Below are positions 1 to 12,100 of a stretch of 64,000 nucleotides of DNA, one piece after another. A program made the position numbers and the translations under genes. Within the stretch, counting starts at the first letter, position 1; every line of letters starts with the position of its first letter. The notes beneath the pieces are model-generated. The model made no database searches. It was not told the DNA's origin and saw only the letters and a program-made list of their open reading frames with translations. The stretch is from Macrostomum lignano. Its lineage: Eukaryota. The stretch lies in the NCBI GenBank assembly GCA_002269645.1, contig NIVC01000001.1:806001-870000 (forward strand), given 5' to 3'.

Positions 1-624
1 TTCTTGGGCCAGTTCAGCTTTGGCAGAAGCTCGCGTAGATTGCGGCTGCTCTCCTCCGAGCTGCACCAGATGAAGATGCAGCCGTCGGTCTTGGCAGACT
101 TGACCACGCTCACAGGGCGGCCCGCCAGGAGCTGGTCGATGAGCGCAGCATCGATGGTGCGCCAGGCACTGTCGAGCTCGTCGGCCGTGAGGTCCTGCTC
201 TTCCCCGAAGACGATGACCGCCGGTTGGAGCTTGACCTTTGAGGCGTAGTTGGTGGCGGCGGTTCCCAAAGGCCCGGCCGCGCTTGTAGCAGATATACTG
301 GGTGGCTCACCAGCGGGGGTTGTATCCTGGGGGGCAGGGGTTGCTGTGGTTCCATTCGGCCCAACAGCAGCCTCGCCCTCCCTAGGTTCCCCTCCGCCGG
401 TGGCCGGCCCGCAGTACCCGTAGTCGCCGTCGCCGCTCGTTGCGGCGTTGGTTGCGGGTGCGTCGGGCTTCAGCGGAGGGCCCGGTTGCGCGTGCGGGCA
501 TGTCACCGGCCGAGCCGGCGGCAAGCCTATCTGCCCCCGGTGGGGCGGCGCTGGTGCCAGAGTCACCGGCCGGAGTTGCCGGGGCCCCGGCTTCAGCGGG
601 GTTGAAAGAGGCGGATGACGCCAT
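1..624 (-). CDS. LINE ORF1 (gag-like, DUF4780-like) with an apparent +1 frameshift near 385
   Basis: The ATG 624 frame gives MASSASF...RRNERRRRLRVLRAGHRRRGT* (stop 382-384). An overlapping ATG-less frame stays open to base 1: ...YASKVKLQPAVIVFGEEQDLTADELDSAWRTIDAALIDQLLAGRPVSVVKSAKTDGCIFIWCSSEESSRNLRELLPKLNWPK. The G-x-I-x-I-x-C-x-x-E-E-S-x-x-x-L...L-x-W pattern resembles DUF4780. Confidence 0.55.
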
Positions 625-1088
625 AGCTAAAAGCGGGAAGGAGTGAGCTGAGTCACAAAAAAAAGAGGAAAGAAGAAAAAGAAAAGGACCGCTAGCGACC
701 GGACAACCCCCCGGCCTTCCAGCCCATCGGCACGGTCAAACACCTTAGGCATTAGGGGGTACGTTAAGCAGTACCACGGCCTGCAGGCTGGCAGGCCAGA
801 CCCGCATACCCAAATTTGGCCGAAGCCACTGGATGGGTCGCCAGCGTCGGAGCCCAGTCTGTCCAGCAGCCCTAGGGTCTGCCTTGAACACACGCGGGGA
901 CGAGTACCCTGGGTCGACTTGTGAAACAGCGTGGGGGGGGGTCTGCGGCTGCCAGCGGCAAATAGCGGGTGCAGACCTCCCTCTCCAGCCTTGACCTGCT
1001 GAAGATAGGGGCAGGCGTGAAGCATCGCAGACCGTAGCCCATAGGCCTGGTCTGTCTCATACTTCACTGGCGTGCTGAATACACCTAC
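1..1088 (-). mobile_element. 5' part of a non-LTR retrotransposon (R1/LOA-like LINE): 5' UTR plus ORF1, truncated by the window edge
   Basis: The minus strand reads from the minisatellite junction at ~1088 (GTAGGTGTATTCAGCACGCCAGTGAAG) through ~460 nt of UTR to ATG 624. The downstream frame encodes a DUF4780-like ORF1 segment. Family assignment is from recalled motif resemblance, not a search. Confidence 0.6.
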
Positions 1089-1472
1089 GCTTCTATGATT
1101 TTTTCATGACGCTTCTATGATTTTTTACATGACGCTTCTATGATTGTTTACATGACGCTTCTATGATTTTTTAAATGACGCTTTTATGATTTTTTACATG
1201 ACGCTTCTATGATTTTTTACATGACTCTTTTATGATTGTTTACATGACGCTTCTATGATTGTTTACATGACGCTTCTATGATTTTTTACATGACGCTTCT
1301 ATGATTGTTTATATGACGCTTCTATGATTTTTTAAATGACGCTTCTACGATTTTTTACATGACGCTTTTATGATGTTTTAGATGACGCTTCTATGATTTT
1401 TTACATGACGCTTCTATGATTTTTTACATGACGCTTCTATGATTGTTTACACGATGCTTCTATGATTTTTTA
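1089..1472. repeat. 23-bp minisatellite (GCTTCTATGATTTTTTACATGAC)n, about 16 units
   Basis: Tandem units directly visible, with point variants. Confidence 0.95.
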
Positions 1473-1782
1473 TAAATCGGGCGGGCAGGCCAGACCCGCA
1501 TACCCAAATTTGGCCGAAGCCACTGGATGGGTCGCCAGCGTCGGAGCCCAGTCTGTCCAGCAGCCCTAGGGTCTGCCTTGAACACACGCGGGGACGAGTA
1601 CCCTGGGTCGACTTGTGAAACAGCGTGGGGGGGGGTCTGCGGCTGCCAGCGGCAAATAGCGGGTGCAGACCTCCCTCTCCAGCCTTGACCTGCTGAAGAT
1701 AGGGGCAGGCGTGAAGCATCGCAGACCGTAGCCCATAGGCCTGGTCTGTCTCATACTTCACTGGCGTGCTGAATACACCTAC
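1473..1782 (-). mobile_element. Second, truncated copy of the LINE 5' end inside the same minisatellite
   Basis: 1484-1782 is identical to 790-1088 (offset 694). It joins the array through ATAAATCGGGCG at 1472-1483. Confidence 0.85.
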
Positions 1783-2028
1783 GCTTCTATGATTTTTTCA
1801 TGACGCTTCTATGATTTTTTACATGACGCTTCTATGATTGTTTACATGACGCCTCTATGATTTTTTACATGACGCTTCTACGATTTTTTACATGACGCTT
1901 CTATGATTTTTTACATGACACTTCTATGCTTTTTACATGATGCTTCCACGATTTTTTACATGACACTTCCACGATTTTTTACATGACGCTTCTATGATTT
2001 TTTACATGACGCTTTTATGATTTTTTTA
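1783..2028. repeat. 23-bp minisatellite, second block, about 11 units
   Basis: Same unit as 1089-1472. Confidence 0.95.
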
Positions 2029-2632
2029 GTTTTCTTGGCGTTAAAAAGCTTTAATTAAAAAAACTCTACTCTCTAAAAATTCGAACCATCGTTTCTGCAT
2101 TTAGCAGTTCAGTCTGTTTACCTCTAGGCTAGCTCTCATCGTTTTGATAACATGAATTCAGCATTATAAGTTTCAAAACTCCAAGCATAGAGTAAATCAC
2201 ACGAGGCAGTTATTACATAATCAATTTCTCAGTCAGTCAGTATCAGTTAACAATATGGTTGCGCAATCTAAATCAAGTCTGGTGCTACGCTTCCACACTG
2301 CATTTTCAATACTGTGACGCAATTCAATTCGGAGTTACAATTCAGTTATGATGTAATCCATTTCAGAATCAGAATTCAACCAGTCAGTTTTTTTCTCTAG
2401 CATTCTTACAATGCATTTCAAGTCGAAAAGTTTGCTTGACCTTTGCAAAAAAGCATGTTTTTCGAATATTTAATCGCTTTAACATGGAGCAATTTCTTAG
2501 CCAAGATGCATGTACCGTCCCAGGAAAATTTCTGATCGAACAGTGCAAGTCTCATGAAAATCGGTCCAGCCATTTTTTCTCTAATCGATTGCGTACAAAC
2601 AAACAACTCATTTTTAGTATATACGAGGCCAA

Positions 2633-2649
2633 CTCCTCCGATGGAGGAG
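2633..2649 (-). terminator. Helitron 3' subterminal hairpin (representative; also at 3920, 6523, 7794, 10316, 13099, 23801)
   Basis: 7-bp stem CTCCTCC/GGAGGAG with a 3-nt loop, ending 9 nt before each unit junction. Helitron 3' hairpins are established as rolling-circle termination signals. Confidence 0.65.
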
Positions 2650-2872
2650 AAAGGGGAAGAACTCCCATCACCGGAATTCCATTCCCTGAACTCCATCAGC
2701 TGAATCCCAAGACCCGAATCCCATTATCTAACTGTTCTCCAAATCCATCAAAATCCTCTCTGAGAAACTGAACACGATCGAAATCCTCTCCGCGAAACAG
2801 AAATCCTCTCCGTGAAACTGGACTCAATCGAAAGTTTCTCCGTCAAACAACTAAACTCTCAGGATTCAGTGG

Positions 2873-2890
2873 TTAGGGTTAGGGTTAGGG
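2873..2890 (+). repeat. Internal (TTAGGG)3 in a Helitron unit
   Basis: Seen directly. Homologous tracts at 5558-5587 (x5), 6870-6887 (x3), 9369-9392 (x4), 12126-12143 (x3) and 24055-24072 (x3). Confidence 0.95.
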
Positions 2891-4019
2891 TTGGAGCTGC
2901 ACAGAGCTGCGTGTTGAAAAGGTCCGATAAAAAATGAGATAATTGAATCAAAAGATTGCGCAATTTACGCTCGTATTTCTAAGTCAGTCAGTATCAGTCT
3001 CAGTTAAAGTTAACAAAAATATTGCGCAATCTAAATCAACCCTCCATCCAATACACAGCGACCGACCCCCTTCCAATACGCAGTGGCAATTAGAAATTGA
3101 ACCCCCCCCCAACTGTTGGGGGGTCAGTCGAACACCATTGAACTCCTAAAATGAGTACAATCTTTGCAATAAGTTAAAAGTATGGAAATAGTTTTTCCAA
3201 TGCAGAGCATTTAGTTTTCATATTTAAAGCAAACAATTTATATCCCCGAACTCAGCGTTGCAAGTTCTTTCCAGCAATATAAGTCTCTCCTCTCAAAGTT
3301 AAAAACTCCAGCAACAGTCTGAGTTTGAAATTTGCCGATTTATAGCATTGCAATATTGAGTGTACGTTCATACGTTCACTGCCTGCTAAAGAGGCCCGCA
3401 AGTTTATTCATTGAATTTCACTGTCTAACCAATGCACAGGGCAGTCAATTGAAAGGCGCTGATAATAAAACCAATTGAATCTCAGCACAATAGCCATATA
3501 ATTGCGCTTACTTACCCACCACCCCACGAAATACACACAGTTCAATTTTTCAGCCGGGGTCCGCTTGTACACACGCTGCCACTGAGAACGCGACCAACCC
3601 CCACTGGCGAGAAAATACACTACAGAGATAGGAGAAAGTTGTGGCGCAATCGCTCAAAATCATGCAAATTTTCGGCTCCGAGCAGAAAAAGTGTCCAGAG
3701 AAGGTTAGGAAATCAGTTTTCTGCTTTTTTAGGGATCTTAAAATGTGAAAATAAAAAATTGAAATAGCCCACTGCAGTCCCCGGAAAATTTGCAGTTTCC
3801 CCATATAAGTTTCAACGCTGACTTGCAAGTATTCTAGGAGGAGTTATGCAACACACAAACAAACAGACAAACAAACAAACAATCATCGCACCAACTTTAG
3901 TATTAGGAGACGAGTGGAACTCCTCCTCTGGAGGAGAAAGGGGAAGAACTCCCATCACCGGAATTCTGAAGGGGAAGAACTCCTATCAGCTGAAATTACA
4001 TGAATTGAATCCCATCTTC

Positions 4020-5120
4020 CAAATCATCTCCAAATCCTCTACAATCTATCAACTCCCATCTCTCATCTCTTGCGCCCTGCGCTCTAATTTTTATTTTTAC
4101 TCTCTTCTTTCTCCTCACTAATTACTCCTGTCTACACTTTCATCTCTCTCATCTCTGATCTTTCATCTCTCTTCTCCCTCCTCTCTCCCTTCTCTCGCTT
4201 CTCTCTCTCCTCTATTCCTACTCTTCTCGCTTATCTCTTCTCTCTCATATCTCATCTCTACTCCCTTATTTATCTCTTCTCCCTCGCCTTTCGTCTGTAC
4301 CCTCTCCTGTCTACTCTCCTATCTTCTCTCTTATCTCTCCCCTTTTCTCTCCTCTCTAATATCTCATATCTACTCACTTATCTATCGTCTCCGCTCTACT
4401 TTCTATCTCCCCTTTTCTCTCCTCTCTCTGCTTTCATTTCTCGTATCTCTTATACGCTCTCACCCTCTCCTTTCTTATCTACCATCTTTCTTCCCTTTCT
4501 ACTGCATCACCTGTCTCCTCTCCTCTCTTTTCTCTCCTCTCCATTCCTCTTCTCTCCTCTTATCTCCCCTCATCTCTTCTCTAATCTCTCCTTTCTCCTC
4601 TCTCATATCTCTTCTCTACTCACTTATCTATTCTCTCTCCTCTGCTCCCCTTTTACACTTTCCTATATGCTCTCACTCTCACCCTCTCCTTTCTTATCTC
4701 CTGTTTTTTACACTCCTTTCTACCACCTGTCTCCTCTCGTTTCTCTCCTCTCTGCACTCTCATCTTTACCCTCTTCTTTCTCCTCACTACTTTCTTCTCT
4801 TAAATCTCTGATCTCTGATCTTTCATCTCTCTCCTCTCACCTCTCACCTCTCTCCTCTCTTTCCTCTCTTCTATTGCCTCTGTACGCTCTTATCCCTCCT
4901 TTCTTTTCGCTCCTGTCTCCTCTCTGCTATCTCATATCTCCTCTCTCATATCCTCTCCCTTCATCTCCTCTCTCCTCTTCTCTCTCCCTCTTCGTTCCCG
5001 CCTTACTCCCCTCTTCTCTCCCATCTGTCATGTCTAATCTCTCCACTCATTTCTACTCTGTTTTCTTTCATCTCATCTCTCTTCTCTTTTCATTCTTCTC
5101 TTTACTCTCTTCTCTGACTG
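4020..5120. repeat. CT-rich low-complexity block of the Helitron unit (also ~7940-8822, ~10470-11590, ~13230-13765)
   Basis: Polypyrimidine blocks share specific strings such as TCTCTCCCTCTTCGTTCCCGCCTTACT and CCATCTGTCATGTCTAATCTCTC. Confidence 0.9.
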
Positions 5121-8100
5121 ATTGAAGATGCCAAATCCATCAAGATCCTCTCCGCGAAGCAGAAATCCTGTCCGTGCAACTGAAAACCATCGAAATCCTC
5201 TCCGTGAAACTGGACTCCTTCGAAATCCTCTCCTTGAAACTTAAATTCATCAAAATCGTCTCCATAAAATAGAAATCAATCATAAATTATCTCCTCTCCG
5301 TGAAGCTGAACATCATCGAAATCCTCTCCGTGAAGCTGAACATCATCGAAATCCTCTCCGTGAAACTGAACATCATCGAAATCCTCTCCACGAAACTGAA
5401 CACCATTGAAATCCTCTCCACGAAACTGAACACCATTGAAATCCTCTCCACGAAACAGAAATCCTCTTCGTCAAAATAAAACATTGAAATCGTCTCCGCT
5501 AAACTGGACTCAATCGAATTTTTTCCGTCAAACAACTCAACTCTCCGGATTCATTGGTTAGGGTTAGGGTTAGGGTTAGGGTTAGGGTTAGAACTACGCA
5601 CAGCTTCGTGTTAAAAGGCACTGATAAAGATATTGAACTAATTGAATCAATTCATTGCGCAACTGATTTCACAGTCAGTCAGTCAATCTAAATCAACCCT
5701 CCAATACACAGCAGCAGTGAGAAGTTGAACCCTCCCCCAACTTTATCTATTACGTCTCGCAAAACTGATTACAATTTTTGCAAAAAGTTAAAAGTATGGG
5801 AATAGTTTTCCCAATGAAAAGCTTTTAGTTTTCATATATAAAGCAAACAACTTATATCCTCGAACTCTGCGTTGCAAGATCTTTCCAGCAATATAAGTTT
5901 CTCCTCTCAAAGTTTAAAACTCGAGGAACAGTTAGCGTTTGAAATTTACCGATTTCCCGACTGCTTGCTAGAGAAGCTCGCAATTCATTGAATTTCACTG
6001 CTAAGCTAATACACAGGGATGCCTATGGAGAAAAAAGGCGCCAATAATAAAACCGATTGAATCTCGACACAGTCCTGATTCCTATCTATCTGTTTACACT
6101 GTACAACTGCTATGTACACTCAGCCCAAGCCCAATCCCCCGTTCTGGGGGAAGCATTAAATTTAACTGAACCCCCCCACACGCGGGGGGGTTTTATTTCC
6201 ACTCGCACCCACCACCCCTCAATACACAGCGGCCCGCGGGCGGAGGTTGGGGTGGCTATTTTTACAAACTGGCTGCAGCCCCAGGCAGAGTGGCCAAAAA
6301 AGGTTATTGGGGGTTAAAAAAGCAGTTTTCTGCTTTTTTAGGGATGCTAAAATTGGAAAATTAAAAATTAAAATAGCCTAAAGCCTGCTCCGGAAAATTT
6401 GCAGTTTTCCCATATAAGTTTCAACGCTGACTTGGCAGAATTGTAGGAGTTCACTTGCTACATACAGACAGACAGACAGACAGACAAACATCGCGTCGGT
6501 TTTAGTATTAGGACGAGGCCAACTCCTCCTCTGGAGGAGAAAGGGGAAGAATTCCCATCACCGGAACTCCATTCCCTGAAATGCCATTCCCTGAATCCCA
6601 TCATCCAACTCCTCTCCGCGAAACTGAACATCATCGAAATCCTCTCCGTAAAAGATAACTCCATCAAAAACCTCTCCGTGAAACTGACATTCATCAAAAT
6701 CCTCTCCGAGAAACAGAAATCCTCTCCGTTAAACTGGACTTTATGGAAATCCTCTGCGTGAAACTGAAATCCATCAAAATCGTCTCCGCGAAACAGAAAT
6801 TCTCTCCTTAAAACTGGACTGAATCGAAATTTTCTCCGTCAAAAAGAATCAACACTCAGGATTTAGTGGTTAGGGTTAGGGTTAGGGTTAGAGCTACAAC
6901 GCAGCAGCGTGTTGAAAGGCGCCGATAAAAAATTGAACCAATTAAATTCATTGAATGCGCAACCGATTTCACAGTCAGTCAGTATCAGTCTCGGTAAAAG
7001 TTAACAAAAAGATTGCGCAAACTAAATCAACCCTTCAATACACAGCGACTGACCCCCTTCCGCAGTGGCAATTAAAAGTTGAACCGCCCCTCCCCTCCCA
7101 CCAACTGTTGGGGGGTTGGTCGAACCCCCATTGAACTCCAAAATGAGTACACTGCAGAAAGTTAAAAGTATGGAAATCGTTTTTTAAATGCTGTGCTTTT
7201 TGTTTTCACATTTAAAGCAAACAACTTATATCCTCGAAGTCTGCATTGAAAGATCTTTCCAGCAATATAAGTCTCTTCTCTCAGAGTTCAAAACTCGAGG
7301 AACAGTTGGCGTTTGAAATATCCCAATTTAAAGCATTGAACTATCGAGTGTACGCATGCGTGCACTGCCTGCTAAAAAGGCTTGCAAGTTTATTCATTAA
7401 ATTCCACTGCCGCCCCAGCACCCTCAACACAGAGGGGTTTGGTTAAGTTCTCAGTGCACACAGTTGTGGCGCAATCGCTAAAAATTGATGTCAACCGGCC
7501 CAGCTTACACTCCTTCAGCTGAAAGAATACACTGCACAGATAGGCCAGCTGTTGTGGCGCAATCATTGCAAATTACGCAAGATGGGCATATTCCCCTATT
7601 GTTCTACGATTTCTGCTTTTTTAGGGATCTTAAAATTTGAAAATAAAAAATTGAAATAGCCCACTGCCATCCTCGGAAAATTTGCAGTGTTCCCATATAA
7701 GTTTCAACGCTGACTTGCAAGTCGTCTAGGAGGAGATATGTATCACACAAACAGACAAACAACGCACCAACTTTAGTATTAAGACGAGTGGAACTCCTCC
7801 TTCGGAGGAGAAAGGGGAAGAACTCCCATCACTGGAATTCTATTCCCTGAAATATCCATCAACTGAAATTCCATGTCTTTAACCCTATCTTTCAAATCGT
7901 CTCCAAATTCTTTACAAAATCTTTCAAAGACCATAGCTCAAAGACTCTCAAGTCTCTCATATCTCCTCTCTCCTCTCTCTCATCTCATCTCTACCCCTGC
8001 TCCCTTATTTATCTCTTCTCCCTCGTCTTTCGTCTGTACCTTCTCCTGTCTTCTGTCTCCTCTCTTCACTCTTATCTCTCCCTCTTCTCTCCTCTCTCAT

Positions 8101-8896
8101 ATGTCATCTCTCCTTACTTATCTATCGTCTCTCTTAACCCTCTCTCTCTTCTCTTTTCTCTCCTATCTGCTTCTCATTTCTCATATCTCATATACGCTCT
8201 CACACTCTACTTTCTTGTCTCCCATCTTTCTTTCCTCCTTACCACTATCCCCTGTCTCTTCTCTTCTCTCTTTTCTATCCTCTCCATTCTCTTATCTCTC
8301 CTCTCCTCACTACTTTCCTTCTCTTAACTCTCTTATCTCTGATCTTTCATCTCTTTCCTCTCTCCTCTCTCTCTCTCTTCTCCTCTCGCTTCTCTCTCTT
8401 CTCTCTCGCCTCTCATCTATACTACCTTATTTATATTTTCTCCCTGGTCTTTCGTCTCTACTCTCTCCTGTCTCATTTCTCCCCTCTTTCTCCTCTCTTC
8501 TCTCTCCCCTCCTCTCTCATCTCTCATCCCTTATCTCACTCCTTCTTTCTCCTCTACTCTCCCCTCTTTTCTATTACCTCTGTACGCTCTTATCCCTCAT
8601 CTCTATTCTCTCTCCTATCATCTCTCTTGTCTCCCTCTGCTATCTCATATCTCTCCTCTCGTCTCCTCTCTTCTCTTCTCTTCTCTCTCCTTCGTTCCCG
8701 CCTTACTCACCTCTTCTCTCCCATCTGTCATGTCTAATCTCTCGTCTCATTTCTACTCTGTTTTCTACCATCTCATCTCATCTCTCTTCTCTTTTCATTC
8801 TTCTCTTTACTCTCTTCTCTGACTGATTGAAGATGCCAAATCTATCAAGATCTTCTCCGCGAAGCAGAAATCCTGTCCGTACAACTGAAAACCATC

Positions 8897-9120
8897 GAAA
8901 TCCTCTCCGTGAAACTGGACTCCTTCGAAATCCTCTCCGTGAAACTGGACTCCTTCGAAATCCTCTCCGTGAAACTGGACTCCTTCGAAATCCTCTCCGT
9001 GAAACTGGACTCCTTCGAAATCCTCTCCGTGAAACTGGACTCCTTCGAAATCCTCTCCGTGAAACTGGACTCCTTCGAAATCCTCTCCGTGAAACTGGAC
9101 TCCTTCGAAATCCTCTCCTT
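8897..9120. repeat. 30-bp tandem repeat GAAATCCTCTCCGTGAAACTGGACTCCTTC, 7 perfect copies plus a partial
   Basis: Seen directly. Variant 30-mers are present in the other units (5190-5470, 11660-12030, 23900-24010). Confidence 0.95.
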
Positions 9121-12100
9121 GAAACTTAAATCCATCAAAATCGTCTCCATAAAGCAGAAATCAATCATTAATTATCTCCGCGAAACAGAAATCCTCTCCG
9201 TGAGGCTGAACATCATCAAAATCCTCTCCGTGAAACTGAACACCATCGAAATCCTCTCCACGAAACAGAAATCCTCTCCGTCAAAATTAAAACATTGAAA
9301 TCGTCTCCGCTAAACTGGACTCAATCGAATTTTTTCCGTCAAACAACTCAACTCTCCGGATTCATTGGTTAGGGTTAGGGTTAGGGTTAGGGTTAGAACT
9401 ACGCACAGCTTCGTGTTAAAAGGCACAGATAAAAATATTGAACTAATTAAATCAATTCATTGCGCAACCGATTTCACAGTCAGTCAGTATCAGCCTCAGG
9501 TAAAGTTAACAAAAACATTGCGCAATCTAAATCAACCCTCCAATACACAGCAGCAGTGAGAAGTTGAACCCTCCCCCCAACAATCTTTGCAGATTAAAGT
9601 ACAATCTTTGCAGAAAGTTAAAAGTATGGAAATAGTTTTTCAAATGCTGTGCTTTTTCTTTTCATATTTAAAGCAAACAACTTATATCCCCGAACTCAGC
9701 GTTGCAAGATCTTGCCAGCAATATAAGTTTCTCCTCTCAAAGTTTAAAACTCGAGGAACAGTTAGCGTTTGAAACTGTCTGATTTATAGCATTGAAGTAT
9801 CGAGTGTACGTTCACTGCCTGCTTGCAAGTTGATGCATTGAATTTCAATGTCCAACAAATACACAGGACTGCCCATTGAAAGGCAGGAAAACTTATCAGT
9901 AGCCATATCATTGCGCAATTATCTATAAAGTCAGCCAGTGAGCCAGGGTCCAAGTGTACACACGCAGCCACTGAGAACGCTCCCACCCCCCACTGGAAAG
10001 AAAATACACTACAGAGATAGGGAAAAGTTGTGGCGCAATCACTAAAAATTCATGCATTTTTCAGCTCCAAGCAGAAAGAGGGGACAATTAAGATTATCAA
10101 AGGTCAAGATTCAAGTTTTCTGCTTTTTTGAGGATCTTAGAAATTAAAATTTCAGAATTAAAATAGCCTATAGCCGACCTCGGATAATTTCCAATCTTCC
10201 CATATAAGTTTCAACGCTGAGTTGGCACTATTCAAGGAGGAGTTGTCGAAATGACAGACAGACACACAGACAGACAGACAAACAACACGTCAACTTTAGT
10301 ATATAGACGAGTGGAACTCCTCCTTCGGAGGAGAAAGGGGAAGAACTCCCATCACCGGAATTCTATTCCCTGAAATATCCATCAACTGAAATTCCATGTC
10401 TTTAACCCTATCTTCCAAATCGTCTCCAAATTCTTTACAAAATCTTTCAAAGACCATAGCTCAAAGACTCTTACGTCTCTCATATCTACTCTCTCCTCTC
10501 TTCGCTATTATCGTGACTCGCTTCTCTCTCCTCTCTCTCATCTCATCTCTACCCCTACTCTCTTATTTATCTCTACTCCCTTATTTATCTCTTCTCCCTC
10601 GTCTTTCGTCTGTACCCTATCCTGTCTACTCTCCTATCTTCTATCTTATCTCTCCCCTTTTCTCTCCTCTCTCATATCTAATCTCTAATCACTTATCTAT
10701 CGTCTCCGCTCTACTTTCTCTCTTCTTTTTTCTCTCTTCTCTCTGCTCTCATTTCTCGTATCTCTTATACGCTCTCACCCTCTCCTTTCTTATCTCCCAT
10801 CTTTCTTCCCTCCTTTCTACTGCATCACCTGTCTCCTCTCTTCTCTTTTCTCTCCTCTCCATTCTCTCTTCTCTACTCTCATCTCCCCTCATCTCTTCTC
10901 TAATCTCTAATCTCTTCTCTCTCTTATTTTCTCACTCATCTCTTTTCTCATTGCATCTCTCATCTCTCCTCTCTCTCTCTCTCCTCTCATCTGTACTATC
11001 TTTTTTATCTCTTCTCCCAGGTCTTTCAAATTTACTCTCTCCTGTCTCCTCTCTCCCCTCGTCTTTCCTCTCTCATATCTCTTCTCTACTCACTTATATA
11101 TTCTCTCTCCTCTGCTCCCCTTTTACACTTTCCTATATGCTCTCACTCTCACCCTCCCCTTTCTTATCTGCTGTTTTTACACTCCTTTCTACCACCTGTC
11201 TCCTCTCGTTTCTCTCCTCTCCTCACTCTCATCTTTACCCTCTTCTTTCTCCTCACTACTTTCTTCTCTTAAATCTCTGATCTCTGATCTTTCATCTCTC
11301 TCCTCTCACCTCTCACCTCTCTCCTCTCTTTCCTCTCTTCTATTGCCTCTGTACGCTCTTGTCCCTCCTTTCTTCTCCATCCTGTCTCCTCTCTGCAATC
11401 TCATATCTCCTCTCTCATATCCTCTCCCTTCATCTCCTCTCTCCTCTTCTCTTCTCTCTCCTTCGTTCCCGCCTTACTTTCCTCTTCTCTCCCATCTGTC
11501 ATGTCTAATCTCTCCACTCATTTCTACTCTGTTTTCTATCATCTCATCTCTCTTCTCTTTTCATTCTTCTCTTTACTCTCTTCTCTGACTGATTGAAGAT
11601 GCCAAATCCATCAAGATCCTCTCCGCGAAGCAGAAATCCTGTCCGTGCAACTGAAAACCATCGAAATCCTCTCCGTGAAACTGGACTCCTTCGAAATCCT
11701 CTCCTTGAAACTTAAATCCATCAAAATCGTCTCCATAAAACAGAAATCAATCATAAATTATCTCCGCGAAACAGAAATCCTCTCCGTGAAGCTGAACATC
11801 ATCAAAATCCTCTCCGTGAAACTGAACACCTTCGAAATCCTCTCCGTGAAACTGAACACCTTCGAAATCCTCTCCTTGAAACTTAAATCTATCAAAATCG
11901 TCTCCATAAAGCAGAAATCAATCATAAATTTAACTCCGCGAAACAGAAATCCTCTCCGTGAAGCTGAACATCATCAAAATCCTCTCCGTGAAACTGAGCA
12001 CCATCGAAATCCTCTCCACGAAACAGAAATCCTCTTTGTCAAAATTAAAACATTGAAATCGTCTCCGCTAAACTGGACTCAATCAATTTTTTCCGTCAAA

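Noticed and set aside
5558-5587. TTAGGG tracts as a true telomere or fusion site
   Set aside because: Only 3-5 copies each, all in one orientation, at a fixed internal position of a repeat unit
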